Of a DNA stretch of 56,801 nt, positions 47,852 to 56,641 are shown piece after piece. This DNA is from a virus (Duplodnaviria; Caudoviricetes). The notes below the pieces were generated by a model. It searched no databases, was not told the DNA's origin, and saw only the letters and a list, made by a program, of their open reading frames with translations. Position 1 is the first letter of the stretch. The number at the start of each line of letters is the position of its first letter. Location of the stretch: the IMG/VR virus record IMGVR_UViG_3300031963_000179, positions 1 through 56,801 of that record; one strand, 5' to 3'. The position numbers were made by a program, and so were the translations under genes.

Positions 47852-49258
47852 TTAGAAGCTTAATTGACTTCTAAACATCACTGCTTTGTCACCAGTCACA
47901 CGACTACCTGAACTACCTACTAGGCTGTCAAACTTAGTGTCTACATAGTTTAACATAAAGCGCAGATTGTCTGTACAGAACCAAGTGACTCCATAGGTCA
48001 TAGCAGTGGCACGATTTGATTTACCAGTAGCAACACTAATGTCACTAGCATCAAACTCACTCATGCGCACACCAACTTGCCATGCACCCTTGCCACCTTT
48101 ATCTAAAGAATTGTTAGGTTTGATCCAATTAAAGATACCATCCTTATAATTGTGACTTTCGCCTGTCAAGTTATACAAAGCTTGTACATAGTATCCATTT
48201 ATTTTCTGATCGTTACCTGTAGTAGGATCATAATTGAATTGGAACTGTTCACCCTGTAACTTCAATCCATTATATGCAAAAGCTGCTTCAAGACCTTGGC
48301 GTGTTCTGGTCGTAGTGCCAGACAATGCAGGACCTGTGAACCAACCTGATTGTGTTCGTGCCTCAGTTCTACCACTAGCTGGGGTTACACCACCTTTAAT
48401 CTCACCTGTACTATATGCTGCTCCCAAATGCAATACATAAGCCTTGCTACCTTGTAACTCAGCAACGTTTGTTACTACACGACCGATGTAGTCAAAGCCA
48501 TCATTAGTTGCATCTTTATTGGCACGACCACGACTTAGTGCTATTTGGTAAAGTAAGCCAGGCTTAGGGATACCATGTAACATGAATCCAGTTTCTTTAG
48601 CAGGAATGAATTCACCGTCTGTATTACCAATTAAACTGCGCTCCATAAAGTCTATGTTATTAGAACTGGTCAACTGTTCAAGACTGAAAGGCATTTTAAA
48701 TAGTCCGAACTGAAACTGCATTTCAGGATTGGCTGCGTAATTTACCCACATTTCATCTGCTGTTGATGTAGTTGAACTTGATCCAGCATCATTACCGAAG
48801 TTTGCTAATAACTGATACTTAAAGTCTTTAGCAAATTGTCCACGAACACCAAAACGACTGCGACGAACTTCTGCTAGATTCTGATACGAATCTGTGGTTT
48901 GACCTGCACCATAAGTGGGTTCGTACTGACGATAGTCCATATGTAATCGACCTGTAAGTTGGATGGTATTGTTTCCGTCTTTACTTTTGAGTCCGATTCC
49001 GTTTTCGGTAACTGATCCGTCGTTGATTCTAGCGATTCTGTATTTGTTGTTGTCGCTAACATCTTTGTCGATTCGCTGTTCCGCAAACTTTTTGTTTTCT
49101 TCTTTTTCTTCATATGCTTGGATTTTAGAATTGTATTCTTGTTGAGTAAGAATTCCTTTATCTCTAAGAATACTTAATGTTTCTTTGTATTCATCAGCAA
49201 AAGCGGGGGCTGCAAAAGCCAAAGAAAGGGCTAGTGCAATTTTTGTAAATGTTTTCAT
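47852..49258 (-). CDS. phosphate-selective porin of OprO/OprP type
   Basis: Signal peptide (AFA), GRLHMD, RRSRFG, G.FKMPFSLEQLTSS, GVTW...LRFMLNY, C-terminal Phe; downstream of pstS. Confidence 0.85.
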   Translation of the reverse strand: MKTFTKIALALSLAFAAPAFADEYKETLSILRDKGILTQQEYNSKIQAYEEKEENKKFAEQRIDKDVSDNNKYRIARINDGSVTENGIGLKSKDGNNTIQLTGRLHMDYRQYEPTYGAGQTTDSYQNLAEVRRSRFGVRGQFAKDFKYQLLANFGNDAGSSSTTSTADEMWVNYAANPEMQFQFGLFKMPFSLEQLTSSNNIDFMERSLIGNTDGEFIPAKETGFMLHGIPKPGLLYQIALSRGRANKDATNDGFDYIGRVVTNVAELQGSKAYVLHLGAAYSTGEIKGGVTPASGRTEARTQSGWFTGPALSGTTTRTRQGLEAAFAYNGLKLQGEQFQFNYDPTTGNDQKINGYYVQALYNLTGESHNYKDGIFNWIKPNNSLDKGGKGAWQVGVRMSEFDASDISVATGKSNRATAMTYGVTWFCTDNLRFMLNYVDTKFDSLVGSSGSRVTGDKAVMFRSQLSF

Positions 49259-49272
49259 TATTTTTCCTTATT

Positions 49273-49315
49273 AAAAAACCGTTAACATTATATATGAAAT
49301 ATTAACGGTTGTCAA
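49273..49315 (-). promoter_or_regulatory. consensus sigma70 promoter of the porin gene superimposed on the pstS terminator hairpin
   Basis: TTGACA (49310-49315)-17 nt-TATAAT (49287-49292); 13-bp stem AACCGTTAATATT/AATGTTAACGGTT (one G.U on the minus strand) followed by a U tract. Confidence 0.75.
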
Positions 49316-49320
49316 GTTAG

Positions 49321-50346
49321 TTATTTCCAAATTGGATTGTTATCTGGGCCACGGAAATCCTTCTTCCAGTTTTCCTGCACTAGTTTGATTACATCTTGTG
49401 GCATGTGAACATATTCTAGTTCTGTTGACATTTGACCACCGTTCTTGTATGCCCAATCAAAGAACTTGAGAACTGCACGACCTGTCAATGTATCTGCTTG
49501 TTGCTTGTGCATAATGATAAAACTTGCACCTGTTGCTGGCCATGCATCCTTACCTGTCTGCCATGTCAGTAACAAATACATTCCAGGTGCATTGTTCCAA
49601 TCAGCATTTGCTGCGGCTGCTTTGAATGTAGTATCGTCAGGTAATACAAAGTTACCATCACGATTCTTTAGTGCTGCATATGGAATCTTATTACGTTTTG
49701 CGTATGCATATTCAACATAACCAAATGCACCCTTAAGTCTTTGCACTTGTGCTGCGACGCCTTCGTTACCTTTACCACCTACACCAACTGGCCACTTAAC
49801 TGCCGTACCTTCACCAACTACTTTTGCAAACTCTGCATTAGCTTTGCCTAAGAAATTTGTCCAAATAAATGTAGTACCTGAACCATCAGCACGATGAACC
49901 ACAGTGATGTTCATTGCAGGTAAGTTTACACCTGGATTTAATTCTGCAATTGCTTTATCGTTCCACTTTGTAATTTTACCTAGGTGAATGTTTGCAATTA
50001 CGTCAGGTGTTAATTTAAGTTTTCCTGCGTCAATACCATCAAGATTATAAACTGGTACAACACCACCAATGATTGCTGGGAACTGAACAAGTCCTTCTTT
50101 GTCTAGTTCATCTTTCTTCAATGGCATATCACTTGCGCCAAAGTCAACAGTCTTTGCTTTGATTTGACGAATGCCGCCACCACTACCAATTGATTGATAG
50201 TTTAAACCAATACCAGTCTGAGCTTTATATGCTTCTGCCCACTTAGCGTAGATTGGAAATGGAAAAGTCGCACCTGCTCCAGTAAACTCTGCTGCTGATG
50301 CGACTCCGGTTACTAATAGAGTTAAAACTGCAAATAGTTTTTTCAT
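49321..50346 (-). CDS. pstS: phosphate ABC transporter substrate-binding protein PstS
   Basis: GAGATFP, YQSIGSGGG, DFGASD, HRADGSGTT, GKGNEGV; start MKKLF with AGGAG RBS and a signal peptide. Confidence 0.97.
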   Translation of the reverse strand: MKKLFAVLTLLVTGVASAAEFTGAGATFPFPIYAKWAEAYKAQTGIGLNYQSIGSGGGIRQIKAKTVDFGASDMPLKKDELDKEGLVQFPAIIGGVVPVYNLDGIDAGKLKLTPDVIANIHLGKITKWNDKAIAELNPGVNLPAMNITVVHRADGSGTTFIWTNFLGKANAEFAKVVGEGTAVKWPVGVGGKGNEGVAAQVQRLKGAFGYVEYAYAKRNKIPYAALKNRDGNFVLPDDTTFKAAAANADWNNAPGMYLLLTWQTGKDAWPATGASFIIMHKQQADTLTGRAVLKFFDWAYKNGGQMSTELEYVHMPQDVIKLVQENWKKDFRGPDNNPIWK

Positions 50347-50389
50347 AGTGTGTGTCTCCTTTTTAAGAAAATTTGTAATTTGCAATAAA

Positions 50390-50424
50390 TATTTAATGGC
50401 CGCAATATGACAATTCTGTTACAA
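50390..50424 (-). promoter_or_regulatory. Pho box plus TAAATA promoter of pstS
   Basis: TTGTAAC-AGAA-TTGTCAT (50407-50424), then 11 nt, TAAATA (50390-50395). Confidence 0.8.
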
Positions 50425-50448
50425 AACTCTCTTTTTTGAAAATATTTT

Positions 50449-50703
50449 ATGGAAATTAAACTTGCACTGGACTGGCAGACCGTAAGTGCTAACCTACGTA
50501 AGCAACTAAAAACTATTAATTATAACCCAGATTTAAAACAAATGTTGGATAACATTGATAAAATGGTTAATGAATTAAGCAGGGCTGAAGTAGTAGCTAG
50601 ACAAACAAGACGCACTTATCATCTAGAAAGTCACAGAGAAAAAATAAACAAAGCAATCAATCATTTAGAAAAACTAATACTAATTGCTAAGGTAATGGAT
50701 TAA
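50449..50703 (+). CDS. hypothetical helical protein
   Basis: 84-aa ORF divergent from pstS; plus-strand AATAAATA at 50384-50391. Confidence 0.6.
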   Translation: MEIKLALDWQTVSANLRKQLKTINYNPDLKQMLDNIDKMVNELSRAEVVARQTRRTYHLESHREKINKAINHLEKLILIAKVMD

Positions 50704-51193
50704 CAGGCCAAACTACATCATCAAGTGTAGTATATTGGTTTGTAATATCTCTTAATTGCTGTCTATACGTAAGTAATTTAGTGAATTGATTTTCACTTAA
50801 TGTAGTATTCATACCTAATAATTTTTCTTCTGTATGGCGTGATACCAGCCAATCAGTTGAATTTAAACGCATATTACGCTCATCGGTTAATGTCCAAACA
50901 TCAAAAACAGTGTTTGCTGCATCTTCATTAATAGCTTCTTTAATTTTATTCCAATTTTTCAGAAGCCATTGTATTTCTTCAGTATGTTCTGTATGACTTT
51001 GTTTACCATCACCATAAACTACTGTGTAAATATTTCTTGATGGTTCTAAACTAATTGCTGATATCCCTGTTTTATACGGAAATTTGGTTAATGTGAAAAA
51101 TGCTTCCATCGATGAAAAAGCATGTTCATCTCCATCAATTCTTGCAGAAAAACTTTCGTTATCATAATCTAATGATATAAAATCGTGTGCCAT
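50687..51193 (-). CDS. tail-fibre assembly chaperone-like protein
   Basis: C-terminal ERNMRLNSTDW...YRQQLRDIT...VVWP motif; lies downstream of fibre genes. Confidence 0.7.
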   Translation of the reverse strand: MAHDFISLDYDNESFSARIDGDEHAFSSMEAFFTLTKFPYKTGISAISLEPSRNIYTVVYGDGKQSHTEHTEEIQWLLKNWNKIKEAINEDAANTVFDVWTLTDERNMRLNSTDWLVSRHTEEKLLGMNTTLSENQFTKLLTYRQQLRDITNQYTTLDDVVWPVNPLP

Positions 51194-51196
51194 TTT

Positions 51197-52345
51197 TTAT
51201 CCTTTGTATTGTATAAATGCTATTCGAATAGTACCCGGATCATAATTTACACTAGATAAATTAGGTGTAACAGTATGACTGTGAGATACAGTATTAGTAC
51301 CATGTGGTACACTGGCTAACGTTGCAGGTGTAGCACCAATAATACCTGATCCAATGTGACTGTGATTCCAAATATTTGTTGTAGTAGTACCTGAAACACC
51401 AATGTCGTTATTTGTTCCCGTGGATGTATTCCACGCAAGTTGGCTACCAAATCCAACAAAAAAATCTACCATGTTTATTGTACCATTATTTCCATCACAT
51501 ACATACCAACCTGCAGGTAAACTAGTTAATGATCCTTTATACATTATTATAGAATTTAATCCTAAATAACTTTCAAAACTATTTCCCCATGCACTAAGCA
51601 ATTTTGTTAAAATTGAATTAGCAACAATATTTAAAGTTATATTGTGATTGTGTGTTAGTGAAGTTACATAAGGAAAATTTGTAGATACAACAGTTGCAGG
51701 ATCAAATGGAAAATTTGTATCAATGTGACTATGTGTTCCACTAACTGCGGTAGTTCTTATATTTGTTATAGTTGTACCTGTACCAGTTGTATTATTTGAT
51801 ACCCCTCCGCGTATAGGTTGATTTTCTGCACCTAATAATGAAAACAAACTTCCAGGTGAATTTTGTGAAAACACAATGCTATTAGGAGGTAATCTTTTTG
51901 TTGGACTTATACATTCAATAATTATATATGTCGAATAACTAGCCGGAGTTGGTACACCAATAGTGGCAAGATTTAAACTTGCTATAGTATGGGCGTGTGA
52001 TCCCGCAGTTCCTAAATTAAACCATCCACCTGGAAACGCTGTGCCAGACGGATTAAATGCAGGACCAAATGAAACTTGACTAGGAAAATGTGATCCTGCA
52101 GTTCCTAATGTTGCATTAAGTGTGCCTGATAAACTTGGATTGGATATAGATTCAATTTGCAATTGAGTAGCTGTACCTCTTAAAAAATATCCATCAGCAG
52201 CACTATACCGTTGCCAACCTGGTATGCCTGTAAAAGTTTGATTATAAAAAACAAGAGCACCTACTGGAATCTCAGGGGGAGGTACAGGAGGAGGCGGAAC
52301 GAATGAAAATGTACTGAACGGTGAAGCTGCTGACATTCTTGGCAT
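51197..52345 (-). CDS. tail fibre/collar-domain protein with HxH motifs
   Basis: LPAGWYVCDGNNGT collar signature; HAH, HSH, HNH, HSH, HSH as in T4 gp12/gp37 tips. Confidence 0.7.
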   Translation of the reverse strand: MPRMSAASPFSTFSFVPPPPVPPPEIPVGALVFYNQTFTGIPGWQRYSAADGYFLRGTATQLQIESISNPSLSGTLNATLGTAGSHFPSQVSFGPAFNPSGTAFPGGWFNLGTAGSHAHTIASLNLATIGVPTPASYSTYIIIECISPTKRLPPNSIVFSQNSPGSLFSLLGAENQPIRGGVSNNTTGTGTTITNIRTTAVSGTHSHIDTNFPFDPATVVSTNFPYVTSLTHNHNITLNIVANSILTKLLSAWGNSFESYLGLNSIIMYKGSLTSLPAGWYVCDGNNGTINMVDFFVGFGSQLAWNTSTGTNNDIGVSGTTTTNIWNHSHIGSGIIGATPATLASVPHGTNTVSHSHTVTPNLSSVNYDPGTIRIAFIQYKG

Positions 52346-52346
52346 T

Positions 52347-55226
52347 TTATCCGCCGTAACTAGTTAATTGTCCTAACACAGTCCAGTTAGATGTAGTTCT
52401 AATTAATGTGAAACCTACCACATCAACTGCATTAGCTGTCCCAACAGGTATGACGTTTCCTAACCAGTTAATTGATTGAAATAATCCGTCAATTTGAAAT
52501 TGATTAGCTATATAAGCACTAACGCCTTGTTGAATTATAATTGGTACAACAATAGTTCTATTTGCTGTTGTAGGTACGTTAGTAAGATTTACTGTAAAAT
52601 TATTTGCTACATTTGTGTGATAAAAAATTGCCCCTGTCTGAAAGTTATGTGTAACCGTACCTGAAGCATTAACTTTTTGATTTAAAATATCAGTTGTTTG
52701 TTGGAACGTTGCTATGTTAGCAAAGTTAGTAACATTAAGATTTGTTGTTCCTGCTACTGATAGTGCGCTGGTTGTTGTAACATTACCGGTTGAAACATTT
52801 GCTGCGGTTAGATTACCCCCAATACTTAATGTCCCTGTAACATTTCCGCCAGTAGAAGTTACTATAAATTGTGTAATACCGTTCGCTGATATTCGTACAT
52901 TTGCATTCGCTTGAACTATTACATTACTATTACCATTTATAATTTGTGTGTTTGCCGGTACACTTACATTACTAAGGAATCCACCATCACCACTAAAGAA
53001 ATTAGCTACTGCGAGATTACCTAAATTAGCATTACCAACACGTAGATTTCCAGTGACATTTGCCGTTGATGTAACAGTTACATTAGTGAATATAGCACTA
53101 TTTGGTACATTAGCGCCAATGTTTCCGTTAAAAGCACCAAAGAAGTTTGCATACACATTTGGTGCATTAATATTGCCATTGACAGTAAGAGATAGTAAAT
53201 TACCAACACTTGTTATATTTGGTTGACTTGTTGTAGTGAGTGTACCAGCGATAAATGTAGTATTAATATTTGCAGCATTAGCAGTACCATTTTTAGTAAC
53301 ACTAAATCTACTTACATTGCCTACTTGTAAGTCAATTAATAAACTGTCTAAATTACTATTATTGTCTGTGATATTTTGACGTATGCCTGTAAATAATTGA
53401 TTTACATTATTCCATGTCTGTCTAAATTGAACAGGGCTACTTGAATTCAGTGCTGTAGTATTGACTATAAGATTAGTTAAGTTACCAACACTTGTTATAT
53501 TTGGTTGTGCATTTATAGTTACTCTACCTGCAAAGTTTGCGATATTTGCGGTGTTGGCTACACTCACAGTATTTGCAAAAGTTGCGAAGTTTGCTAGTGC
53601 AACTTCACTAACGTTCGCACCATTTATTGCAGATAATCTACTACCACTTCCTTGAAAGAAATTTGCAACAACTAAATTTCCTAATGTGGCATTACCAGCT
53701 GATACATTACCTGCAATAGTTACAGCATTGCTTACTGAATTAAATGTGAAACCATTTGTCGCACCCAATACACCATCATTGTTAAACAAAACATGTGTAT
53801 TACTACCAGGTAAATTTATATTACCAGTAACATTACCTGCAATATTACCAACGAACCAATTAGCACTTACAACATTACCTAATGTTGCGTTCCCTGAATT
53901 TATATTACCGGTAACACTTAAACTTGTTAAAGTTCCTACACTTGTTATGTTTGGTTGTGAACTATCGACTACTGTATTAGAGGTGGCAGCGTGTGTGGCT
54001 GAGGTGGCATTCTGAGCGTTGCCTGCATTATCAGCATAAAATGCGTTTGCTACTATTCCTGTTATATTTCCTGCTTGTATATTGCTTAAATTATTTCCAC
54101 TACCTATAAAGAAATTCGCACTTGCAGCATTACCTAAATTAGCATTATCTGATCTTATGTTTCCGCTTACACTAAGACTGGTCAACACTCCAACACTTGT
54201 AATGTTAGGTTGTGCATTAGTAATTACTGTACCTGCAGTAGTAGCATTACCTAAAAGATTAGCAGTGATAACGTTGGCTGAAAAATTATTATTACTATTG
54301 CGAACAACAATCGTGTTCGCTGTATTTGCTGAATCTGTTGCAAAGCCTTGTAATAAATTTGCATTCAAATTAGCAACTAAAGTATTACTACTAACTATGA
54401 AGGGTGCATTACCTGTAACTAGATTAGATATAAATCTTCCTGTAGTAAAAATATTACCATTACTAATTAAATTACCAGCATTTGAGTAAAGTGCCACATT
54501 GTTGATTAATGCACCATTAGCAGACAAATACAGATAATTATATGTTTGGTTACTAGCACCAAGATTAAATGTATTATTTGCGTTTGGTAGAATGTTACCA
54601 TTTATATTACCAAGTATTGAAAGTCCGGACAATATTCCTAAACTAGTAATATTAGGCTGTGATGCCGTTGTTAACGTCCCTGTAAAAAAGTTGGCTGCAG
54701 CAACATTGCCTAAACTAGCATTTCCAGAAGTAATATTACCTGAAACGCTGATATTTCCTGTATTCGTATTACCAGATACTGTTACACCGTTAAGTGTTCC
54801 TACACTTGTTATGTAGGGTTGGCTAGCAGTTGTTATGATTGCAGCGACATTGGTTGTTTGAAGTGTGCTATTGCCAGTAAAAAATCTAAGATTTTGATCT
54901 GCTGTAAAAACACCGCCTGTATTGAATTGTATTTCTGTAGCATTTCCTGCAGCAGACTGTGCAGCCTGAGCTACCCAAGTTAAATTTCCAGCACCATCAG
55001 TTTGAATTATATAATTTGCAGATCCGCCGGTAATCCTAACATTACCAATGTTTCCTAAATCTGCAAGATTGGTGACTGTTAAGTTGGGCGTTTGTAAAAA
55101 CGGAAGAGTGATTCCAGTAGGTACAAATCCTATTCGATTCCAGACCCCGTCGGTCGAATTATATTCATACAGAATACCATTGATTTCTACTTGCTGTCCA
55201 TTGGTGGGTGATACTGGCCAAGTCAT
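52347..55226 (-). CDS. long Asn-rich tail-fibre-like repeat protein
   Basis: WPVSPTNGQ N-terminus; six QP(N/Y)ITS(V/L)GxL repeats; NAxLGN repeats; beta-rich C-terminal domain. Confidence 0.7.
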   Translation of the reverse strand: MTWPVSPTNGQQVEINGILYEYNSTDGVWNRIGFVPTGITLPFLQTPNLTVTNLADLGNIGNVRITGGSANYIIQTDGAGNLTWVAQAAQSAAGNATEIQFNTGGVFTADQNLRFFTGNSTLQTTNVAAIITTASQPYITSVGTLNGVTVSGNTNTGNISVSGNITSGNASLGNVAAANFFTGTLTTASQPNITSLGILSGLSILGNINGNILPNANNTFNLGASNQTYNYLYLSANGALINNVALYSNAGNLISNGNIFTTGRFISNLVTGNAPFIVSSNTLVANLNANLLQGFATDSANTANTIVVRNSNNNFSANVITANLLGNATTAGTVITNAQPNITSVGVLTSLSVSGNIRSDNANLGNAASANFFIGSGNNLSNIQAGNITGIVANAFYADNAGNAQNATSATHAATSNTVVDSSQPNITSVGTLTSLSVTGNINSGNATLGNVVSANWFVGNIAGNVTGNINLPGSNTHVLFNNDGVLGATNGFTFNSVSNAVTIAGNVSAGNATLGNLVVANFFQGSGSRLSAINGANVSEVALANFATFANTVSVANTANIANFAGRVTINAQPNITSVGNLTNLIVNTTALNSSSPVQFRQTWNNVNQLFTGIRQNITDNNSNLDSLLIDLQVGNVSRFSVTKNGTANAANINTTFIAGTLTTTSQPNITSVGNLLSLTVNGNINAPNVYANFFGAFNGNIGANVPNSAIFTNVTVTSTANVTGNLRVGNANLGNLAVANFFSGDGGFLSNVSVPANTQIINGNSNVIVQANANVRISANGITQFIVTSTGGNVTGTLSIGGNLTAANVSTGNVTTTSALSVAGTTNLNVTNFANIATFQQTTDILNQKVNASGTVTHNFQTGAIFYHTNVANNFTVNLTNVPTTANRTIVVPIIIQQGVSAYIANQFQIDGLFQSINWLGNVIPVGTANAVDVVGFTLIRTTSNWTVLGQLTSYGG

Positions 55227-55245
55227 TTAAAGTTCCTCATCTATG

Positions 55246-55253
55246 TATTTAGT
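55246..55253 (-). promoter_or_regulatory. late promoter ACTAAATA of the fibre cassette
   Basis: TAAATA core upstream of a GAGG RBS and ATG 55226. Confidence 0.6.
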
Positions 55254-55358
55254 GGTTTTATTTCTTAGACAGTTTTGGATTTCCCAAGTAAATTGTACTC
55301 TTACTGGACATATGCTAAGTATTAATTCGCTGCTAATATATGAGCATAGGAGAAAACA

Positions 55359-56525
55359 ATGGCTGGTCGTAATTTCTTGTTTGTACCTGGGCCTACAAAC
55401 ATCCCTGATCGTATTATGAGAGCAATGATGGTGTCTATGGAAGACCATCGCTCTCCAAAGTTCCCTGAACTTTCTGAACAATTATTTCCAAAATTAAAGA
55501 AGGTTTTCCGTACCCATTCAGGAACACCCTTTATCTTCCCTTCATCAGGCACAGGATGCTGGGAAGCCGCAATAACAAATACACTAAGTCCTGGCGACAA
55601 AGTTTTAGCTGCACGATTTGGTCAGTTTAGTCATCTATGGATAGAAATGTGTTTAAAACATGGACTAGACGTACAAGTGGTAGACTGTGAGTGGGGAACA
55701 GGTATTCCGGCTGCTAAGTTTGCTGAAATACTAGCAAACGATAAAAATCAAGAAATCAAAGCAGTGTTAGCATGTCATAATGAAACTGCTACAGGAGTCA
55801 CATCAAGTATCAGTGAGGTACGCTGGGCACTTAACGAATGTGATCACCCTGCATTATTGTTCGTTGATTGTGTAAGTTCACTTGGTTCATTAGATTTTAA
55901 ATTTGATGAATGGGGTGTTGACATGGCTGTGACAGGATCGCAGAAAGGATTCATGTTACCTGCTGGATTAGGTATATTATGTGCTAGTAAAAAGGCGTTG
56001 GATAAAACCAAATCTGCAAAATTATCACGCAGTTACTTTGATTTAACTGATATGGTTAATTCTAATGCTACAGGATACTTCCCATATACACCTGCACTTT
56101 CATTACTATATGGACTTGCAGAAGCACTTAATATGATCGAAGAAGAAGGTCTAGATAATATTATTAAACGCCATCACTATCTTGCAGAAGGTGTTCGCCG
56201 TGCAGTAATCGACGGTTGGCAACTTGAACTATGTGCTAAAGATCCTAAATGGTATAGTGACACAGTATCAGCAATTATGGTACCTGAAGGATTCAATGGT
56301 AGTGATGTTATTAGTAGAGCATACAAACGCTATAACCTATCATTAGGTGCAGGACTTAGTAAAGTAGCAGGTAAGCTTTTCCGCATAGGTCATCTAGGTG
56401 ATATGAATGAAGTACACTTGATGGCTGCTATAGCTGGAGCAGAAATGGCTATGCTTGATACTGGTATTAAAGTCATCCCAGGTAGCGGTGTCGCCGCTGC
56501 TAGTGAGTACTGGCGAAATAATTAA
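55359..56525 (+). CDS. sgaA: class V PLP aminotransferase, serine-glyoxylate aminotransferase-like
   Basis: GRNFLFVPGPTNIPDR, EDHRS, ARFGQFSHLW, HNETATGV, GSQKG (PLP Lys), FPYTP, FRIGHLG, PGSGVAAA; AGGAG RBS; GCTAAGTA at 55314-55321 may be a late-promoter variant. Confidence 0.85.
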   Translation: MAGRNFLFVPGPTNIPDRIMRAMMVSMEDHRSPKFPELSEQLFPKLKKVFRTHSGTPFIFPSSGTGCWEAAITNTLSPGDKVLAARFGQFSHLWIEMCLKHGLDVQVVDCEWGTGIPAAKFAEILANDKNQEIKAVLACHNETATGVTSSISEVRWALNECDHPALLFVDCVSSLGSLDFKFDEWGVDMAVTGSQKGFMLPAGLGILCASKKALDKTKSAKLSRSYFDLTDMVNSNATGYFPYTPALSLLYGLAEALNMIEEEGLDNIIKRHHYLAEGVRRAVIDGWQLELCAKDPKWYSDTVSAIMVPEGFNGSDVISRAYKRYNLSLGAGLSKVAGKLFRIGHLGDMNEVHLMAAIAGAEMAMLDTGIKVIPGSGVAAASEYWRNN

Positions 56526-56549
56526 CAATTTAGAAATGTTTCAATTTTG

Positions 56550-56579
56550 AAAATGTTGCTTTTTAGCAACATTTTTTTT
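56550..56579 (+). terminator. palindrome/terminator after sgaA
   Basis: AAAATGTTGCT-TTTT-AGCAACATTTT followed by further Ts. Confidence 0.6.
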
Positions 56580-56581
56580 GG

Positions 56582-56610
56582 TTGACGATAAATCCGTTTG
56601 GTGCTATACT
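56582..56610 (+). promoter_or_regulatory. strong sigma70-type early promoter
   Basis: TTGACG-17 nt-TATACT with extended -10 TG and a T-rich upstream tract. Confidence 0.8.
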
Positions 56611-56641
56611 ATCGGTATAGTGATTGATAAGGAGTTATTAA

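Noticed and set aside
52714-55230. Series of plus-strand ORFs rich in Leu/Pro/Val
   Set aside because: Antisense shadows of the repetitive Asn/Gly/Thr fibre gene. The same applies to 3540, 8829, 9771, 23375, 30954, 32404, 32803, 48234 and 49445.
55227-55600. Two minus-strand ORFs (84 and 92 aa)
   Set aside because: They overlap the well-supported sgaA gene on the opposite strand and have no recognisable motifs.
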